Of a stretch of 64,000 nucleotides of DNA, positions 23,101 through 38,100 are shown one piece after another. Numbering within the stretch: position 1 is the first letter of the stretch; each line of letters opens with the position of its first letter. The stretch is taken from contig NC_081368.1 of assembly GCF_030684315.1 (NCBI RefSeq), positions 68,355,754-68,419,753 on the forward strand. Direction: 5' to 3'. The notes under the pieces were generated by a model. The model did no database searches and was not told the origin of the DNA. It saw nothing but the letters and a program-made list of their open reading frames with translations. The DNA comes from Stegostoma tigrinum. Taxonomy: Eukaryota. A program made the position numbers and the translations under genes.

Positions 23101-26100
23101 GAGTCCACACCCAGACTCAGCCCATTATCCTATTGCTGTAACTTTACATTTTCTCAAGGCTCATCCGCCTAGCCAGCACATCCCTGAACACCTTGAGACA
23201 ATTTAGCATTGCCGATCCATTTAACCTGCACACTTTTGGACTGTGGAAGGAAACAGCAAACACCACACAGACGGTTGCCAAAGGCCAGAATTCAACCCGG
23301 GTCCCTAGAATTGTGAGGCAGCAGTGCTAACAACTGAGCCACTGTGCTACTGTGCTATCCACTCAGTCAATTTAAATTAGTTCTTTTCTCTTGGGAAGCA
23401 TTTCATCGCAATTTAAGCTTGCTCGGTTCATAAAGCTAAACTTGGCAATATGGTTTTTGTATTAAATTGTCAGGGAGATGGTGGGTGCCTTGTCATCAAA
23501 TGGAACATGCATCTATCTGTACTCCTGCCTGCCTTCAGACACATGTGTCTAAAATGATTGCTTAGAGAACAAGGTAACGTTGAGGAGGTTGAAAATTGAA
23601 TATCAATTGTGCAGTGGTGGACAAAGAGTTGGAGTTGACAAGGTGAACTTATTTTGAATTGAATACAAGGTGAAAGGGAAATGGGTGGGACAAGCCAAAG
23701 AGGTATATAAAGAGAAATATAACTATTTGAAGTTAACTTACTGCAATAACCCACATAGGTCAGTAATAATGGGATCAGTTAGCAATTACGTGTGGGATAG
23801 CAGCCTTGTAATTTCTTAAACAACCTGGCACTTACAAACAAGCGAGGATGAAGGTTAGAGTCTGAACCAGGATAAATCCAACGTCTAGGGTAGCAATGTA
23901 TCTCACATTCTCAACCACCTTTAATAAGGTAAACCTCTGAACTTTTCAGCCAAAAATTGACATAGGGCTGATTGCAGATATTTGGACAGTAGACAGTAGG
24001 ACAGTCGACAAAGGCAAAAAAAACCATAATGGGAGTTATGTACAGACCTCCTAACAGTGATCAGGACCAGGGGTGCAAGATGCACTGGGAAATAGATAGG
24101 GCATGTCAGAAAGGCAAGGTCACGGTGATCTTGGGGGACTTCAATATGCAGGTGGACTGGGTGAATAATGTTGCCGGTGGATCCAAAGAAAGGGAATTCA
24201 TGGAATGCTTACAGGATGGCTTTTTGGAACAGCTTGTGATGGAGCCTACAAGGGAGCAGGCTATTCTGGACTTAGTGCTATGTAATGAGCCAGACTTTAT
24301 ATAAGATCTTAAAGTAAGGGAACACTTAGGAGGTAGTGATCATATTATGGCAGAGTTCAGTCTGCAGTTTGAAAGAGAGAAGGCAAAATCGGATGTAATG
24401 ATGTTACAGCTAAATAAAGGTAATTACAGGGGCATGAGAGAGGAATTGACGAAAATCAACTGGAAGCAGAGCCTAGCAGGGAAGACAGTAGAGCAACAAT
24501 GGCAGGAGGTTCTCTGTGTAATTGAGGACACAGTGCAGATTTTAATCCAAAGGACAAGAAAGGTTATCCAGGGGAAGGTGGGGGGGCGTGGAATTAGATA
24601 GCCATGGCTGACAAAGGAAATCAGGAAATGTATCAAATGTATCAAAGAAAAAGAGACAGCTTGTAAAGAGGCCAAGTGCACTGGGAAATTAGAAGATTGG
24701 GAAGGCTACAAAAACAAACAGAGGATAACAAAGAGAGAAATAAGGAAGGAGAGGATCAAATATGAAGGTAGGCTAGCTAGTAATACTAGCCTAACCTCGG
24801 TTGTTGGTAAAATTCTAGAATCCATTGTTAAGGATGAGATTTCTCAATTCTTTGAAGTGCAGGGTCGGATTAGAACAAGTCAGCATGGATTTAGTAAGGG
24901 GAGATCGTGCCTGACAAACCTGTTAGAAATCTTTGAAGAGGTAACAAGTAGATTAGACCAGGGAAACCCAGTGGATGTTATCTATCTAGACTTCCAAAAG
25001 GCCTTTGAAAAGGTGCCTCACGGGAGGCTGCTGAGCAAGGTGAGGGCCCATGGTGTTCAAGGTGAGCTACTGACTTGGATTGAGGATTGGATGTCTGACA
25101 GAAGGCAGAGAGTTGGGATAAAAGGCTCTTTTCAGAATGGCAACCGGTGACAAGTGGTGTCCAGTAGGGTTCAGTGTTGGGGCCGCAGCTGTTCACTTTA
25201 TATATTAATGATCTGGATGAAGGGACTGGGGGCATTCTGGCAAAGTTTGCCGATGGTACGAAGATAGGTGGACAGGCAGGTAGTACTGAGGAGGTGGGGA
25301 GGCTGCAGAAAGATTTAGACAGTTTAGGAGAGTGGACCAGGAAATGGCTGATGAAATTCAACGTGAGCAAATGCGAGGTCTTGCACTTTGGAAAAAAGAA
25401 TACAGGCATGGACTATTTTCTAAACAGTGCAAAAATTCATAAAGCCGAAGTACAAAGGGATCTGGGAGTGTTGGTCCAGGATTCTCGAAAGGTTAACTTG
25501 CAGGTAGAGTCCGTACTTAAGAAAGCAAATGTAATGTTGTTGTTTTTCTCAAGAGGGTTGGAATATAAAAGCAGTAATGTGCCTCTGAGACTTTATAAAG
25601 CTCTAGTTAGGCCCCATTTAGAATACTCTGTCCAGTTTTGGGCCCCACACCTCAGGAAGGACATACTGGCGCTGGAGTGTGTCCAGCGGAGATTCACACA
25701 GATGATCCCTGGAATGGTAGGTTTAACATATGATGAAGAGCTGAGGATCCTGGGATTGTATTCATTAGAGTTTTGAAGGTTGAGGGAGATCTAATAGAAA
25801 TGTATAAGATAATGCATGGTTTAGAAAGGGTGGACGCTGGGAAATTGTTTCCGTTAAGCGGGGAGACTAGGACCCGTGGGTATAGCCTTAGAATTAGAAG
25901 GGGTAGCTTTGGGAATCAGCAAATGTGTTATGTAAAGCAAGGGGAGGTGATGGCCTAGTGGTATTATTGCTGGACTGTTAATCCAGAGACCTAGGTAACA
26001 TCCTGAGGACCTGGGTTCAAATCCTGCCACAGCAGATGATGAAATTTTATTTCAATAAGTATCTGGAATTAAGAATTTAATGATGACCACGTGTTGACTG

Positions 26101-29100
26101 TTGGAAAGAAACCATCTGGTTTGCTAATGCCCTTTAGGGAAGGAAACTGCCATCCTTAGCTAATCTGGCCCACATGTGATGACAGACCCACAGCAATGTA
26201 GTTGACTCTTAACTACCCTTTGGGCAATTAGGGATGGGCAACAAATGCTGCCTAGCCAGTGACACCCTCATCCTGTGAATGAATAAAGGGAAAAAATAAC
26301 CTTGCTACAGGATTCCTAACATCTGACTTGCTCTTGAAGACACTGTATTTATACACCTAGTCCAGTTCTGTTTCTGGTCGATGGTAACCCCCAAGATGTT
26401 GATAGTGAAGGCTTCAGCAATGTTAATGCTGTTGATTGTCAAGGGGCGATGGTTAATTTCTTTATTTTTGGACATGATCATTACCCTGCACTTATGTAGT
26501 GCAAATGTCACTTACTATTTGTCAGCCCAAGACTGGACATTGTCCAGGTCTTGATATGTTTGGGCATGGGCTGCTTCAGCATCTGAGGACTCACAAACGG
26601 TGTTGAATATTGTGTGAACATCAGTGAACATCTTCAACCAACACAACTACCTTCTTTTCTGTCAGGTCTGACTCCAACCAACAGAGAACATCCCCCTTAA
26701 CTCGCATTGGCTCTAGTTTTGCTTCTGATGCCATGTTTAATTAAATGTGGCCTTTCGGCCATGGGCAGTCATTCTCACCTCAGCTGTGATATTCAGCTCT
26801 TTTGTCCACATTTGGCCTCAAACAATAATGAGGTCAGGAGCTGGGTGGGCTTGGCAAATCCCATACTGAACACCAAAGGATAGGTTATTGCTGAGCATGA
26901 ACTGCTCAATAGCGCTGTCATTGGCCTTTTCCATCATTGTGCGAATGACTGACAGGAGACTGATAAAGTGGTAACTGGCTGGATTCAATCTGATTCAGTG
27001 GACACGATAGACCTGAGCAATATTTAACATTGTCAGCTAGCTGCTGGTTTTGTTGCTGTAGTAGAACAGCTTGACTAGGGTACAGCTACTTCTGTCCGAC
27101 AAGTTTTCAATACACAACAAACATAACATAATGCATTGGAGTATTTGTCTATTTGAAAAAGTGAAATTATACTTTCATAACAGAAAAAAACTCTGCTTTC
27201 AAACTTTAGTATCACGATTTATAGCGATTTTAACATCCTGTGCCCTTTTAAATTAGAATAGAAAGATTCTACAGCTTTCCTTTTGTGAAGAAAATGTCAG
27301 CTGCATTGTTTGGCTGCATATTTAGAGTACATTAAGAGAAAAAACACTGTCTTTGTAGTTGCAATATTCTGTCTTGTTTGTGTTTCTAATGGTTGGCTTT
27401 GCAAACTGAGACATTATCAATGTCTGGCTTAGTTTCAAAGGCAACAAAGAAGTTTATTTTAGCAGGGGAGTTGCTCATAGAATGACTGACAGTTTTAGGA
27501 TGTTAACAAAGGATATTGTGTCTTTAAAAATGGCATCTGTGTATATTTTTGATTATGTTACAACTGTTTGGCCACTTGATGAAATTTAATTTTTTAATGT
27601 TTTTTTCAGGTGAATTGTGATAATATAACAGATTTATCAGATTGTGAGAAGTCTTTTCTTTAGGGTCCATTGCAAAGACATTTCTTCTGAAGCTAACCAG
27701 TAATGAATAGTGGGTGAGCAGCTATGGAGGGTACATTGAATGCAGAGAGGGGAATACACAGGGACATGCTGATGGGTTGGATGTGAGGAGGATTGGGAAT
27801 GAGTAAGGATGGGGTAAGGGTTAGAAAGATGAAAACCTAAATCAGAGAGCTGGCCCAATGTCTCAGCAAGTAAGGCAGATCTTGCAACCAGCCCACTTTG
27901 GCATCTGAACTCATCTGAAGCTGGTTCTGGAATAGGAAAAGACAAACACTCTCCGCCTATGTCTTTGGGAGTTGACTATAAAGGGTTAATGTGCAGACGG
28001 TGACAAGATTGGACTTTCAACTTCCATTTCCCATGGTCAACGTAAAAATCCAGACCAAGAGGTCAGTAATAAGACAAATGAGATTAATAGTTGCTGCGAG
28101 CACCAGTTTGAGGGAATAAAAACAATTGTTTTCTTTCTTTTTCTACCCAGAAGTGTTATCATACACAACTGAATGCCTTCCTACCACGAAAATCACTGTG
28201 ATTTCTATTTCCCTTTTATTTTGAAACTAGTAGCCACCACAAGTAGGAACATTAGTTGATCCAATTAAGAGTTTACAAGCAAAGCAAGTTAAGGGCAATG
28301 CAGTTATTACAATGTGAAGGTGAGGGGTGTGGTTAGGGAGAGAAGGAAAGGTTAAATCAAAATGGAGTAGGAGGGGAAAATAAAGCGCTTCAACCTCTGT
28401 GGTGTCCACCACTCCCAAAAAGGCATCAAGAACATTGATGGACACCACATGCTCCCTCTCCAAGGGCATCTGGGCTCAAAAGTAACCACAGAAGAGGTGC
28501 ATGCACTCAGCAGAGGTGCCTGCCTGGACCTGCTGAGAGCCAGCCTGACTAGGCCCAGAAGCAGGCCCACGGGGAAGTCCTTCGATCTCCCCCATTCCCT
28601 CTGCATCGGGTGCCCCAAAGCCAGGAGCATGGGGCTGAAGTGCAACCAAAACACAGCAAAAGGTTTTTCAAATAACTAAAGATGGGGTGCAAACACCCAC
28701 AACTAGTATATCCATGGACTACACATACTGTAAAGTAAACAGTGGAGCAATTGTTTACTTGGTGGTTAAGTTTCTTGATCAATATAACACAAGCTACTGC
28801 TTAATAAACAGACAGCCAAATCAACCTGTACTTCAGTTGCTGTGATCTGTCTGCTCGAAATGGCTGGATAATTCTGCAGAAGAATCAACATATTGCTGCT
28901 CTTGTTACTATTTGGGAATGGCTCAAACAGTTTTGCATACAACTCAGAAAAAAAGTGCAAAAATACTTTAAACAGTGAATTCACTAATTAATTTGATAGC
29001 TTCCTTCTTGGAAGATCGGATGTAAACTAAATTAGCAAATGCAGCACTCACCTACAATTGCAAACTGACTGGTTAATCCTGTAGTGGCAACCATACTAAA

Positions 29101-32100
29101 AAATACAGTGGACCAGAGAGAGGCAATTGGAAGGTGGAGAAGAGCTTCTGGGTATGCTAGAAAGATCAATCCTAAGCCTAGACAGTGAATAAAAGTATGC
29201 AGTGTTATTAATGAATTACAAGGTCATTGGCAAAATGTTGTACCTTATCTAACTTAACAGTAGTGGGGCGCAGTTCTAGTTTGCTATATGCTACTAATCC
29301 CACTATACCCTCTGCCATCGTGTTGGCTGGGACCTTCTGCTGGGCAGTTAAAATGGCTGTCCCCTCCACAGTGCAAACACATTGCAGTGTGCCAGATGCC
29401 GGGAGAATAGTTCCTAACTGACAAATAGCTTCCAGCTAACAGAAAGGGTAGCCATCTCCTACTAGGGCAAGAGGGAAATGTGCTATGTTTCACTGCCCTG
29501 CAGTGCCATGCCTGCCCTTAAACACAACTATATGTCAACTGACACCTTTCACTGCAGAATAGAAAGGAGTATAACTCCTCCAAAATGACCCAAATCTTGC
29601 TTTTGGCATTATATTGTCATTGGGTCCAACATTAAAAATGACACTTAGTCTGAGATCTAAAATGATGTAATTTGAAAATTCTTACATTTCATTTTCAACT
29701 TTCCCTCTGAGACCTGCCCAGAATTCAGGCTGGAATGGAAACCAGTAGATTTTTGGGATCAGAATTCCAAACTTGTCCCTCCATTCCCTATATCCTTCAC
29801 GAGCTACAGGATGTGTTGAATCACAATTTGACAGATACGTCCTAGGATATTAACATCTCTACATGAAGGCTTACAATACCCGCAACAAAAGGATTTGGGA
29901 GCCTGTGTGATCCCTATCAGGTAAATTAGTTTGTAAATCTCAGAACAAATATTACTTCGGTGTCAGGGACTTTTTGGCACTTACATTTAAAAGGTCTTTC
30001 TACTATCCCTTCATATCCTGTATACCCCTCAATGACCTGTCATATCTCTATGTACCCTATATGGCCCCTTTCCCCTAATTTACTGTATGCTTGCACCATG
30101 CCTCTTACACACTGTCCATTTCCCTTCAATTACCCCGCTATCCTTCTCATGCCCCTGGACATCATTCAAATGCATCTTACCAATACTAACAATGTAAGAA
30201 ACAATGTGTTGTTTCTTTGAAATGATTCCAAAACTGATTAAATCGACTAACAGATTATAAAAACTTCCTCTGCAAGTACCAATTAATAAAACAAAAGGAA
30301 AGGTTAGGCCCAAAACGTCAGCTTTTGTGCTCCTAAGATGCTGCTTGGCCTGCTGTGTTCATCCAGCTTCACACTTTGTTATCTTGAAAGGTTTTTTTCT
30401 CTCTTCTTAACCTTTCTTGATCTTGTCCAAACAAACAAACAAGTGCTTAGAAAATTCAAATACAGTTTGCACTCCCTTTCAAACTGTTTAACTATTCTTG
30501 GCAGTCAACAAAACACCCATAATGGAGATCAAATGGAGAAACGGATGCCTCAGAGGGTATCACAAAGAATGGTTGGTTGAGTGCCAAGACTGGTTATAAG
30601 ACCCAAACCTGTAGGCTAGAACAATAGTTTAGGTTCAAAAACAGATGTTGCTGGAAAAGCTCAGCATCTGTGAAGAAAAATCAGAGTTAAATTTTCGAGT
30701 CCGGTGACTGTTCCTCAGGACTGGTTTAGGTTGTTCTGGTGGAGGAGAAGGGAGAAACATTATTTGTCCCTGAGTAAGCCACCATTGGATAAATCAAGAT
30801 ATGAAAAAAGGTGTGAAAAGTTACAGCTAATTGACTACGCTTTGCAATAAACACCATGGAGACAATTTTAAACTTTGTCTACTGAGTGATAACATGGTAG
30901 AATAGATCTCCTGTCTGTGGCAGACAGCTATTGGGAGTGCCCCATCAGTAAGTTCAAATTGGACTCAAAGGGCCACAGTTCTTCATTAATAAAATATTAA
31001 GTCCTAACCTAAATCATTGGGAAAAATCTAAAAGACAGGTGGAGTGGTCTCCAAACTTTCAGATAGTCCAAAGTAGGGGATATAGCAAATAACCCTGTTG
31101 ACCAAAGGAAGTCAGAATGCCTAGAAGACAAAATGACCAAAAGGTGGAATCAGAGGTCACCTTTGTTAATGGTTAGATAAGATAAAATATTTTAAGTACT
31201 GTAGGTACCTGAATGTGAAACCTCTGAAACTGGTAAATGAATGTGATGAGCCACATGTCCGAGGATGGAAAAGATGGCAAATCCAACCAGCACGCTCGTA
31301 AGACAGTTAAGAAAAGCAACAATGAGGGTATCTGTGAAACAGTCATTCTGGAAGTTGTTATAAGATGACAGTGCTGTTACACCCCCTGGCGACACTGACA
31401 GAGAAATGAAAATTTGAGTTGCAGCGTCTTTCCAAACCTGATAAAATGTAAGATAGAATTAATTGGCAACAGTGATTTTTGGATGTTCCTTTGTGATAGC
31501 TTCACATTTACTGATATTTTACCCCATGCTTTGCCCCTGCCATCCCCACCCCTTGCCAATCTCACCGTGATGTCTCATGAACACTGACTTCAGCACTGTG
31601 GCTGCATTTTCCCATCATGTACACTGGGCCACATCTCCATCGCTCATGCATGTAATTTGATTGCTTGCTCATGAACCATTGTGTGTTTCATATGATTCAT
31701 CCAATTTTCTGGAGCTTCCAACAAACTTCATGGCTTCCATCACGAGGCTCTGTTCTGGGCAGGTATCTGTTTCTCTTGTTTTCTCAATAAATTAAACAAA
31801 AAGCTGTGGGCAACATTAGCAGGAGCTGCCCCAAACCCGGGTCAGGTCACACAGGCCAGGGATCAGCTCCTTTGGCTGAACATCTGGCTTGCAATGCAGG
31901 CTGATGCCATGGATACAGTTCCCACATTGGCTGAGGATAGCATGAAGATCTTTCCTTCACAACCTCTCACCTTATCTGAGGTGTAGTGGCCATTAGGTTA
32001 AACCAGCACCAGTTGACTCTCTGTAATGAAAGAGCATCCCGATGGTTTGGTAAGGCTATGGTGTCTTCACCTCTAGCACACACCCCCCACCCCCCCGCAC

Positions 32101-35100
32101 CCCCCCCCCCCCACATCTAACTGGCTTCTACTGAGAACACAGTCTTAAAACTACCCCTTTTGTTTCTCCATGCTTTTATTGTTGTGGGTTGCCTGGGGGA
32201 GTCTCACTGCTCAGCTATGTTGGTCAGTGTGTAAGCAAATTTCCTAATTGACAGTGCTAATGTGAATACTTGGCTCCATTTCTTGTTTGTTGCACTTGGT
32301 GGGGTTCTAAGGCTGGGGTTCGGGTATATTATTGGGGCACAGTCAAAAAAGTGTTTATCTGTACCCAGTTTTATGATAGTTGATCAGGGAACACTTGATC
32401 CCCGGGCAATGTTTCACTCCATGCTGCTAACGTCAGTTATTTTGATGGGCACAAATTTCACCAAGTCTTATTAATGTTCATATAAATGTGGCCTGTTGTT
32501 GTAGACTGTGACGCTTTATTTTTGTCCTTTATTGACACGTTACTTTGAAAAGGGATGTCAGCTTCTTCAGGGAATGCAAATTAACATTGCCATGAAAAAC
32601 ACAGACAAGAGACATTTCTCTTCTCAAGTAGTCTATACAGTAAGTTCGACATGTCAATGTTAGGCACGTCTTCAATCAAATTTACGATGTCCCTCAGGAA
32701 TTGCATACTCTTTATAAATTCAGGCCACTTTTCTATTTAGTTAGAAAGTGTTCATTTACTCAGAGATCAGAGTAATTTCATAACAGTGCATACTGGACTA
32801 ACTCTGTCACCCATCTTAAATTAGGGAAGAGCACATGGAACTTAAGGAATATTTCCCAAATCAAGAGAACTTTAGGACATTATTTTACAGTAATGTCAAT
32901 GTTCATTTTTCACTAGGATGGAAACCATCTAGGTTTTTCACTCTGCTACCATTATTTTCTTCCTGATTGTTGATTTTGCATTTAAGTTGAATGACTCCCT
33001 ATCTCAGATTTAGCAGTGACATTAGGATAGCCAGTATTCTAGCATTTTCTTGAAGATTAATATTGATGTAAAGCATTACTTCCAATTATAATATCTCAAC
33101 AAACAACTTATGAAAGTCCCACATTACCCTTAACCATACTTTTATTTTCCTCCTATTATGATCATTTTTCTTTTTGACTTGGATAACACTTGCGAAGTTT
33201 TCATCATACTGCCGTTTTGTTGCTTTCTTCCTTTGTACTAATTCCTCACAGTCCTCAACTTCTCAACATTTCAAAACTATATCTGCCAGCCCTTTAAGCA
33301 CTTTGCAATCTAGCCACCACAACTCTGATGTCGAGAATTTCAGACATCCATTACAGTCTGAGAAAAAGGATTCCCTTCATTCTAGTTTTAAATGACTGTC
33401 TCCTTCAACTGTAACTGCATTCCCTGGTTTGAGATTTCCCCAGTTGTGGAGATATCTCAAAATCTACCTTGTCAAGCCCCTTCAAAATCTTCCAAATTTC
33501 AATAAAAAAATCACTCCGCATTCTTCTAAACTCCACTTTTTTTTAAGAAAAGACATTTAATAATTCTTGACAGGGTCAATCCTTTCATTCTAGGAATCAA
33601 CTGAGTGAATCTCTTTTTATAGAATCAGAGAATCCCTACAGTGCAGAAAAAGGTTATTCGGCCCACTGCGTCTGCACCAACCCTTCAAAGGGTGTTCCTG
33701 TTCAGGCCCATTTATTACACATTGGTAGTGTAATGTCCCCACCGCTGGACCAGGAGACCTCGGTTCAAGACCCACCTGCTCCAGGTGTGTGATAACACCT
33801 CTGAATAGGTTCACTAGAAAAAATCGTGCTCTTTTGGGGGCCCTCTAGTGGCACCGTGACTGAGTCCCTACCTGGTTCAAGTTCCACCTGCTCCATAACA
33901 TCTATGAAGAGGTTAGTTAGAAAAATGGGTTAAATTTTTAATAAAAGGTTCTTGTATTGCAGTGGTAGCGTCCCTACTTCTGATCTTATATACCTGGGTT
34001 CAAGTCCTACCTGCTCAAGAGGTGTGTAATAACATCTCTGAACAGGTTGGTTACAAAGGGGAAAAAAAGGCACAGTCTGATCTCTTTCCCCGCTTCCTAC
34101 TTCTCCCTCACCATTGATGGTCTGCAATACTTTTAATGGGGCTTTACTGGTGAATGAATCAATAGCGGATTTACTGGTAGTGGGGATAATAGATCTAGTG
34201 ACTGAGATACAAAATAAAAGTTGTGTTTAAGAGCACTTCTGGATATGAAACAAAAAAAAGGTCCACTTTAGAGGGCCCTTATGGTACAATGGGATTATCC
34301 CTATCTCTGAGTCAGGAGGCTTGGGTTGAAGTCCAATCTTCTCCAGAGGCATTTAATAACATCTCTGAACAGGTTGGTTGGAAAATATCTTAAAAGGTAC
34401 AGATAGCCATCTTTTGTTTCTTTTTAAAGCTAAAGCAGATGGCCTGTCAATCAAATGAGTCCAGAGACATGGAAGTATTTTCATATCAAATCTTTTTCCC
34501 TCTGCATTTCTACATCTAGATGATCACCACAGAAGGATCCCCAAGCATCCAAAGATTTTGACTGTCACTGCATGGGAATATTTTCTCCAGATGGCAACAT
34601 TCCAATATGTTTCAACATGGACAGAATACAAGTTAATGCAATGGCCAACTTAACTTTTCAGGATGGAGGCATATGATCAATTACAACATTAAAACTACAA
34701 TTTGAAAAATATGCACTAACATAGCAGATGCTGTACAACATAATTAAATGTCAAGGTATATACATCAGTTTGAAAACCAGAAAGGCCAAGTATTGTTTGG
34801 AAAGTGATATATTTTGAAGCGTGGATGTGCACATGGATCGGAGTGCCCTTGTACACTCATCAATGACAGTAGACAGCAAGATGCAGCAAGCAGTTAGGAA
34901 TGTGAATGGTATATTGGCCTTCATTGCCAGAGGATTTGAATTCAGAAATGGAGATGTTTTATTGCAGTTATTCGGGGCCTTGGTGAGACCATACGTGAGG
35001 ATTATGTGCCGGTTGGTCTCCCTGACTAGGAAAGAATATACACGCCATAGAGGAAGTACACCAGAAGTTCACTAGGCTATTCTAGGGATGGCAAGATTGT

Positions 35101-38100
35101 CACACGAGATAGGCTGGTTCGATTGGTCCTGTACTTACTCAAGTTGAGAAGAATGAGAAGGGTATATGAATGAAATGTGGAAAATTCTAACATGGCTGGA
35201 CAGACTAGGAACACGGGGAATATTTTCACTGGTTGGAGTCTAGATCCAGAAGACAAAGTCTCAGGATATGGGGCTGTCCATTTAGGACAGAGATGAGGGA
35301 AGATTTCTTTACTCAAAGTGTCATTGACCCATGGATTTCTCCACCACTGAAGAATGTGGAGGTAAAAATCATTGAATATTTTCAAGAAAGAGGTAGATTT
35401 TCTTTTGGATTCTAAAGACATCAAGGGGTATGGGAAGAAAATGGGAATGTGGCATTGAGATAGAAGATAGGCCATGACCGTATTGAACGATGGAGCAGGC
35501 TCAAAAGACCGAATGACATATTCCTATAGATGTTTAAATGTTCCCCATGTTTAACAATGACATTTGAAGTTGTCAGTAGGTTTCTTACTCTACAGCAGCT
35601 TCTCCAAGAGTAGTGGTGACATTCCCAAGTAATTCCCATCACAAAGAAAATAGCATGCAAGGTGGAATTCATATCTTCCCTCTGCCTTTACAACAACAAT
35701 CCTGAAGTCTCAAGATAAGTGACCAGTGCCACAACATGTCACATTTTTTGACATGTGCTGATCTAGTTCCTGTGGATTAATATGTTCAGTCACTTCAGTG
35801 CTCTAGTGTGGGCTGGGCGCTGGTCTCTAAACAACTTCCAACATATAATACTTTGTATTCTCTGGCTTTTTATGTTATCCGTGAACTCTCTACCGTCTGC
35901 CTCCTTCTAATGTGTTATATCATATCTTGTCAGAATTAATCTCACCTTTCACTATTGTTGCAACACCTCCTTTCTACCAGATTCTCTCGTCTCACCACAG
36001 TTTAGTCTCTTGTGCTGATCAGCTTTTGGACCCATGTCTCAGCAATGGCCAGCACTCCATGTGTCTACAGTTAACCATAATGTATTTGAGTGGTTCCTTT
36101 TTTTGCAGTAATTTTAGTGTGTTTGTGTTTGGGTCATGCACATCCTAAGCTGTCCTTTCACTGTAACATTAATTCACTTTTTTTATTTCATTCTCTTTAC
36201 AGTTTAATCACTTTGCCCCTTTAAGAATAGAACAGAATAGAATAGAACCCCAACAGTGTGAAAACAGGCCCTTTGGCCCAACAAGTCCACACCGGCCATC
36301 AGATCATCACCCCCTCCCCACCAAGACCCATCCCCCTATCACCCACCTAATCTATACATCCCTGAACACTACAGGCAATTTAGCACGGCCAGTCCTCCTA
36401 ACCTGCACATCTTTGGACTGTGTGAGGAAACCGGAGCACCCAGAAGAAACCCAAGCAAAGTTTTCCTTTTTCCTATAGTAAATAACTCACAATTTCAGAT
36501 TGCTACTCTGTTCTCTATGGCTACTACTACACTACCTTTTTAACTCTGTCCTCCTCTAACTTACTACATCAGAAGTCGAACAACCCCAGCTTACAGTCCA
36601 ACCAGTGTACTTGAGATTACAAACTTTTGGAGTGCTGCTACTTCATCAGATGAAGTTGCCAAGTGATTTCAAATGAAGCTGCTATAAGCTGGTGTGGTGT
36701 GACTTCTGACTTTGTCCACCCCAGTCCAACACCGGCACCTACACATCCAACTTACTAGTTTAAAGTCCTCATGACTGTTTTATTTCTATTTTTTGCCTGG
36801 TTCAGGTGGAATCATTCCCAATAGATTCATTCTGTCTCAAAGATGGTTCCAGTGTCTCATGAAATGGAACCGTCGCTCATTTGCCATGCCTTTAACTTTA
36901 TGTTCACCTCCCTGGCCTGGTTATCCTGAATCCAATTTGTGCGGCCTTAGAGATTACTTAAAGACACTAACCTTTGAGATTCTGTTCTTTACTGTATCGT
37001 CTAGCTTCCCATATGATTCAAATTATGCCTCATATTCCCTATATTGTTGGCTTATGGACCACAATGATTGAATTCTCCCCTTCTGCACCAAGGTTCTTTC
37101 AGTCTCTTGCAACACTTAACCACAGAAGTGGTCCACTGATAAACACAATTAAGTACATTAATCTTTAAGAAATGTGATTGAATTCCATTATCCTGGTGTG
37201 CTTACCTGAGCATCAGCCAGTTTGGAGAAGTCTGAATGGCTTCCAATGTAGTATTTAATCCCTATATCAGCTCCCTCCAAGGTAACACCTCGGATCACAA
37301 GTAAAACTAGGGAAGCATATGGGACTGTCACAGCAACATAAGACACCTGACATAGAGGGTAGATTGTTAGACTTTTCTGTATTTTTGGTACAACATTTAC
37401 AATACTGAAACCAATTGAGTGAAAATCTAATATGATGCAAATCAATGCAGAGAATGAAGCAGAAACCAAGTACAATAATGCCATGAAGTGCATATTTGAT
37501 ATGGAGTGCAGATTGATTCCAAACAACAGAGTATTATTCTAATATTGATCAGTTTATTAACAACATATTAGCATGCTTTATGCATCAAAGACAGTGAAAG
37601 TTGATTCAAAAATTTCAATGCTTCTCCGGTAGTGTTTAAAAATTTAGTTCACTTGAATAATATCTCAATGAGCACAATGACTGAAGATTACCAAACTGAT
37701 AACAATCATCTTGATTTAATTTATAACTAATCAAGAGGTCGGCAACATAGTCACAGCTGCCACAGAAGCTATTTAACTCAGCAACACTCTACACATGGCA
37801 ATGAGATAAAGCAGGCCTGAGCGAGAACATTTTCTCAGGAAGCATTTTTTAACAATCCATAATTGATTCAGGAAGCATATTTCTGAGTTGCTTTGCTATT
37901 AATTTTGCCTTACTTTTGGTCAGCTGCTCATATAATAGTGTATCTCTCCCTCCCTTGTATATGTGGATTGTTGATTGGAATGATATAAAATGAGATATTT
38001 GCAAAAATTGCAGAGGGTAAATTATGTTCATTTGTCAAAAATATGGGAGTATGCAGCTACAAAGAGAAATTACAAGAAAATGCCTTGTTTTGATGGACAG

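Noticed and set aside
33718-34390. tRNA gene cluster
   Set aside because: No complete cloverleaf or acceptor stem; the copies are diverged and share a non-tRNA tail.
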